From contig CAYWUV010000006.1 of NCBI GenBank assembly GCA_964461235.1, forward strand, positions 11,468 to 75,467: 64,000 bases of DNA. The letters run 5' to 3'. Source of the DNA: an uncultured Bryobacterales bacterium (GTDB taxonomy: Bacteria > Acidobacteriota > Terriglobia > Bryobacterales > UBA6623). The notes beneath the pieces are model-generated. The model searched no databases. It saw only the letters and a list, made by a program, of their open reading frames with translations, and was not told the origin of the DNA. Each line of letters opens with the position of its first letter. The stretch's first letter is position 1. Of this stretch, positions 60,654 through 64,000 are shown one piece after another. The position numbers were made by a program, and so were the translations under genes.

Positions 60654-60930
60654 CTAGCGCGGCACGCGGCCGTTCCGCAGCCCTAGCCCGGAAATCGCAC
60701 CAACTCTCCAGAACAGCGGAACCAGAGGTTGATTGCGGACACTTCGCCCCAGAATCGTGGATTGTCTGGAGGATAAACAGCCTCTCTCGCTCGGATCGTC
60801 TGCTACACGTTGCCTTAGCCTTCCTCCAGGGTCGTCGCGAAGGGTTGGCCAGGCCTTTGGACAGCGTATTCGCGCTCGCTGCGCACAGCTCCCCCGTCCG
60901 CCCCTCTCGTTTCGGGCTGCCCCGGTCCGA

Positions 60931-62666
60931 CTAGGTCACTGCCAGCCCTCGCAGCCGTGCCAGACAGTGCGCGAACAGCTCCTGCCGCGGGCACAGCGAC
61001 GACAGCGACACCCACACCCTCCGCACGCTCACCTTGACCACTCCGGCCACTTTCAGCAACCGCGTGCGGATCGTCCCGAACTGCGCCTTCGCCAGCTCCG
61101 TCCCCGCCAGCGCCCGGCTCCGGATCACCTCCAGCAGCGCCGCCGCGAACAGCGCCCAGTGCAGCCGCAACTGGTTCGCCCGCAGCGTCGCCGTCGACGT
61201 GCGGTCCGCGAACAGGTCCAGTTGCTGCTCCTTGATCCGGTTCTCCATGTCCCCCCGCGCGCAGTACAGCTGCTCGTACAACTCCCGCGTCCCGAACCGC
61301 TGCTTCTCCAGGCTCGTCACCACGAAGCGCACATTGTTGTTGCGCGACTCCCCCGGCAACCATTCCGCCTTGCCCACCACCCGCCGCTTCCGGCTCCAGC
61401 TCTCCCGCGTGCGGTAGCGGAAATCCCGGTACCGCCGGGACTTCTCCCCGTTCCTCAGCCCCCGCCGCCGCGAACGCTCCTGCTGCTGCTTCACCGCCTG
61501 CTTCCAGCGCGCGTTCTGCGCCAGCCCCAAGATGTAGTCCACCCCCTCTCGCCCCTCGCACCATGCCATCAGATCCTCCCGGCAGAACCCCGCGTCCCCC
61601 CGCACGATCACCCCACCTCCGGCCAGCGCTCCCGGACCCGCCCCACGATCCGTTCCAACTCCTCCACCACCCCTTCCGCCTGTAGAGAGTCACATTATTC
61701 TGACGCCTCAGTCTCAGATTATTCCGGCAGCAGTTGAGCTGGGATTCTCGGTTTGATTGGCTCCTGCCGGAAGAGGAATAGGCCTGCGACTGCCTGAAGG
61801 CACCTGTAGGATTTGGACTTACAAGCCTGTCGAAGAAGCAACCGTGTCCGAAATAAACTGATTTCCAACCTCTTTGTCGTCAATTTAATTCGAGAAAAAA
61901 TGGCCGTTTTCGGTCAGGATAATGTGAATTTCTACACGCCGGATCCACGCTCGACGGCCGCAACTGCCCGCTCAAAACCTGCCGCCCGCCCGTCACGTAC
62001 AGCGGCAGGTAGCAGTAGCAGTCGTAGTAGCCGTGGAAGTGGCGCCCTTCCTGCTCCCCGTGCAGCGGGTCGTGGGTCGCGTCCACGTCCAGCACGATCT
62101 CGTCCGGCTCTGCCGCCTGCTGGTCCGAACCGGTCCACCAGCAGCGTGTCGAGCCGCCGCGGAGCGGCCACGATGCGCTTGTAGCGGTCCTGCTCGGCCT
62201 GCTCGGGACGGCCCAGATCCAGCCGGTTGAGCGTACTGGAGCCAGCCAGCGGATGACCGCGGTCGCGCTAAAACACCCGCTGCTGGCCGGTCATGTCGTC
62301 GCAGTCCAGAGCCAGGGCCAGCAGGCTGTCGTCGCGCAGGCTGTCATGGTCGTTGACATCCTCATAGCCGAACGCGAGCCCGTACAGGCGCTGGGCGATC
62401 AGGCTGCGCAGGTCATGCTCGACGCGGGTCGGGTTGCGGTAATCGTGGAAGCAGGCGGCCATGCGGCCGGTCAGGTCGATGGCGCGGTCGGCGGCCTGGA
62501 GCAGGACGGCCCCAGCGTCGGAGGACATACGGCCGCCGTCGAAGCGGGCGACCACCTTGCGGCGGCCGCACTGGGGGAGGTCGATTGTGGTACAGTGTGC
62601 AAGCATGAAACGTGGTAGCTGGTAAGCATGTAACTTACTGGAAACAAACATCTTACCATAAATCAA
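60931..62666 (-). pseudogene. IS1380-family DDE transposase, inactivated
   Basis: Fragments are 62268..62666 (FDGGRMSSDAGAVLL), 61880..62095 (LDVDATHDPLHGEQEGRHFHGYYDCYCYLPLYV) and 60931..61611 (VRGDAGF...YCARGDMENRIKEQQLDLFADRTS). Four defects are visible: an in-frame TAG at 62268..62270, a frameshift around 62100-62135, the element inserted at 61681..61926, and a 1-nt frameshift in the C/G run at 61611..61614. Confidence 0.8.
61681..61926. mobile_element. MITE-like non-autonomous element nested in the transposase gene
   Basis: The 24-bp imperfect terminal inverted repeats are TGTAGAGAGTCACATTATTCTGAC (61681..61704) and GTCAGGATAATGTGAATTTCTACA (61903..61926), 21/24 complementary. It is flanked by direct CGCC copies (61677..61680 and 61927..61930). 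It is AT-rich with no ORF. Removing it plus one CGCC restores the frame ...SSVDPA-EGVVEELERIV... Confidence 0.65.
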
Positions 62667-62732
62667 CGCCTCACGTACACCCCCCGTGGTGAGATATCCG
62701 GGCTAGGATCCTCAGGAGGGGTAGAGGATCCT

Positions 62733-63014
62733 CTATGCGCAGACGGAATCCGAGCACTGTGCCGTGCCGGTCTCAATCACTCGCCATGGCGGGAGTTCGT
62801 ACATTACTGAGTGGTTGCTTGAACAGTTCTCGGCTGCAAGACCGATGCGGCGGTCGCCAATTCGAGCCTCTAGGGTATTCGTGTCAACACAAGCGAGTAC
62901 GAGCGGGGGCTCACTGGGTTCACTAGGTGAGTCACCGACAGTGTAGGCAATTGCTTGCTTTTTGTCTTGGGCAGCGGAATGATCTGGCTGCGAAAGTGGA
63001 GCGGCGCAGGCCAT
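62733..63014 (-). CDS. hypothetical small protein
   Basis: 93-aa ORF in a lower-GC region immediately downstream of ORF 63100..63411. The in-frame upstream codons read RRIRTTLTLTTLTLVS, which is signal-like, but no ATG/GTG/TTG start precedes them. No family is recognised, so the call is weak. Confidence 0.3.
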   Translation of the reverse strand: MACAAPLSQPDHSAAQDKKQAIAYTVGDSPSEPSEPPLVLACVDTNTLEARIGDRRIGLAAENCSSNHSVMYELPPWRVIETGTAQCSDSVCA

Positions 63015-63099
63015 GGATACCAGTGTTAACGTGGTGAGGGTCAGTGTTGTCCGAATCCTTCGTGTCTCCTCATGTGCGTGGTAGGAAACCGCTAGAGAG

Positions 63100-63411
63100 C
63101 TAGGAAGCCGAGCGGAACAACTGGGCGATGGCGGCTGCGATTAGGGCGGCGAAGCCGAAGCCGAGCAGCCAGCGCTGTATAGTTAGCTCGGAACGCATCG
63201 CGTCGAGCTTCGCTTCGAAGCGTGCGATAAGGTTGGCGGCGGCCATGTTCTGCAACTCCTGAATGAAAGTATACGCTTGCTCGTCGTCGAGTCCTAGCTG
63301 GCGGAGCAGCAGGAAAAGGCGCTTGTCGTCGGGAACCGGGAGATCGGCCACGAAGACCAGCGTAGCGCGGCTACTCCAGCAGTGCCGATTCAGGGAGCGC
63401 TCACACCCCAT
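63100..63411 (-). CDS. hypothetical protein with coiled-coil segment and C-terminal TM helix
   Basis: 103-aa ORF. The sequence is LGLDDEQAYTFIQELQNMAAANLIARFEAKLDAMRSELTIQRWLLGFGFAALIAAAIAQLF. I cannot confidently assign a family. Confidence 0.45.
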   Translation of the reverse strand: MGCERSLNRHCWSSRATLVFVADLPVPDDKRLFLLLRQLGLDDEQAYTFIQELQNMAAANLIARFEAKLDAMRSELTIQRWLLGFGFAALIAAAIAQLFRSAS

Positions 63412-63448
63412 CCGCAGTCCGATAATCGTCCTGCCCGGTAGTAGCTCA

Positions 63449-64000
63449 AATGGACGAGTTCAAATTCAAGAGCCCAAGATTCGAAGCTCTCTTTGAACGT
63501 GAAATGGAGGATGGGTTAGAAGCCTACGAATTGCGACAGATCCTCAAAAGGGCTCAGATCCAGCAAATCCAGAAGGACGATAACTGCACGGAGCAGGAGG
63601 CGGCCAAAAGATGGGTGGTCGCCCGTGAGATGCGGATCCGTCGTGTATGGACTTTGGTCGAGTCCGAGCGTGGGGTGGAGTGCTTGAGGGAGGATGCAGA
63701 GCGGATCGTTCGCCGGGCGGAGTGGGATCAGGCTAAGAACCTGAGAAGCCGACTCCCGAACGACGACTCAACGACGAGGAAGCGAATACACGCGCCTGGC
63801 TTGTTTTCGTCCCAGCCGTACCTGCGAATGCTGGCGGGCATTGCCATGTTCGTAGTGCCGACCGGTGTGGTAGCGGAGGCCGGATGGCCGGGCCTCGCAG
63901 CGCTAGCTGTGATCGGGGTAGCGGGGTACTTGGTCGACCGGCACTGTAGCGGCTTGTTTCAGCGGGTGGGCGAACTGGCGTGGTTTACTGTCTTCGTTTG
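63449..64000 (+). CDS. hypothetical membrane protein, 5' part; runs off the window
   Basis: Not in the ORF track. ATG at 63449 opens a frame with no stop to the window end (184 codons): MDEFKFKSPRFEALFEREMEDGLEAYELRQILKRAQ...MLAGIAMFVVPTGVVAEAGWPGLAALAVIGVAGYLV. GC is lower than the window average. Confidence 0.45.

Larger units (their letters stand above)
60682..62707 (-). mobile_element. degenerate IS1380-family insertion sequence (2026 bp including a nested 246-bp element and its 4-bp duplication)
   Basis: The terminal inverted repeats are CCTAGCCCGGAAATCGCACCA (60682..60702) and the reverse complement of 62687..62707, CCTAGCCCGGATATCTCACCA (19/21 identical). Transposase fragments inside carry IS1380 hallmarks. 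I found no target-site duplication (flanks GCAGC and ATCCT). Confidence 0.7.

Overview
High-GC bacterial chromosomal segment. The gene content suggests an Acidobacteriota- or Planctomycetota-like soil bacterium: three PSCyt/DUF1549/DUF1553 loci, DUF1501, DUF1080, a sulfatase and many twin-arginine-signal oxidoreductases. That lineage call is inference only. Most of the window is ordinary housekeeping: aroC, pyrE, clpC, xylB, plsC, folC, accD, asd, hemE, hemY, metY, rlmB and a sigma-54 two-component pair. Many long ORFs in the six-frame track are antisense shadows of real genes, as expected at this GC content. They were not called. Seven things deserve a second look. (1) A compositionally atypical ~3 kb island (33.1-36.2 kb) carries a 584-aa orphan protein next to ~1 kb of apparently non-coding DNA. 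This is my best candidate for an undescribed system. (2) A lipoprotein rhodanese has an in-frame TGA exactly at the catalytic Cys position. It is either a selenoprotein candidate or a very recent pseudogene. (3) A cytochrome c gene, a Tat-signal TPP enzyme and a translationally coupled small protein form one operon. (4) A decayed PSCyt/DUF1553 gene is fused by deletion to the tail of a DUF1501 gene. (5) A dead IS1380-family element sits 40 bp upstream of metY and itself carries a nested 246-bp MITE-like insertion. (6) An Mrr-like ORF, a HEPN gene and a nucleotidyltransferase gene form a small cassette. (7) A strong hairpin abuts the accD start codon. All calls rest on motif recognition by eye; no database, HMM or folding tool was available. 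I saw no rRNA, tRNA or CRISPR array.
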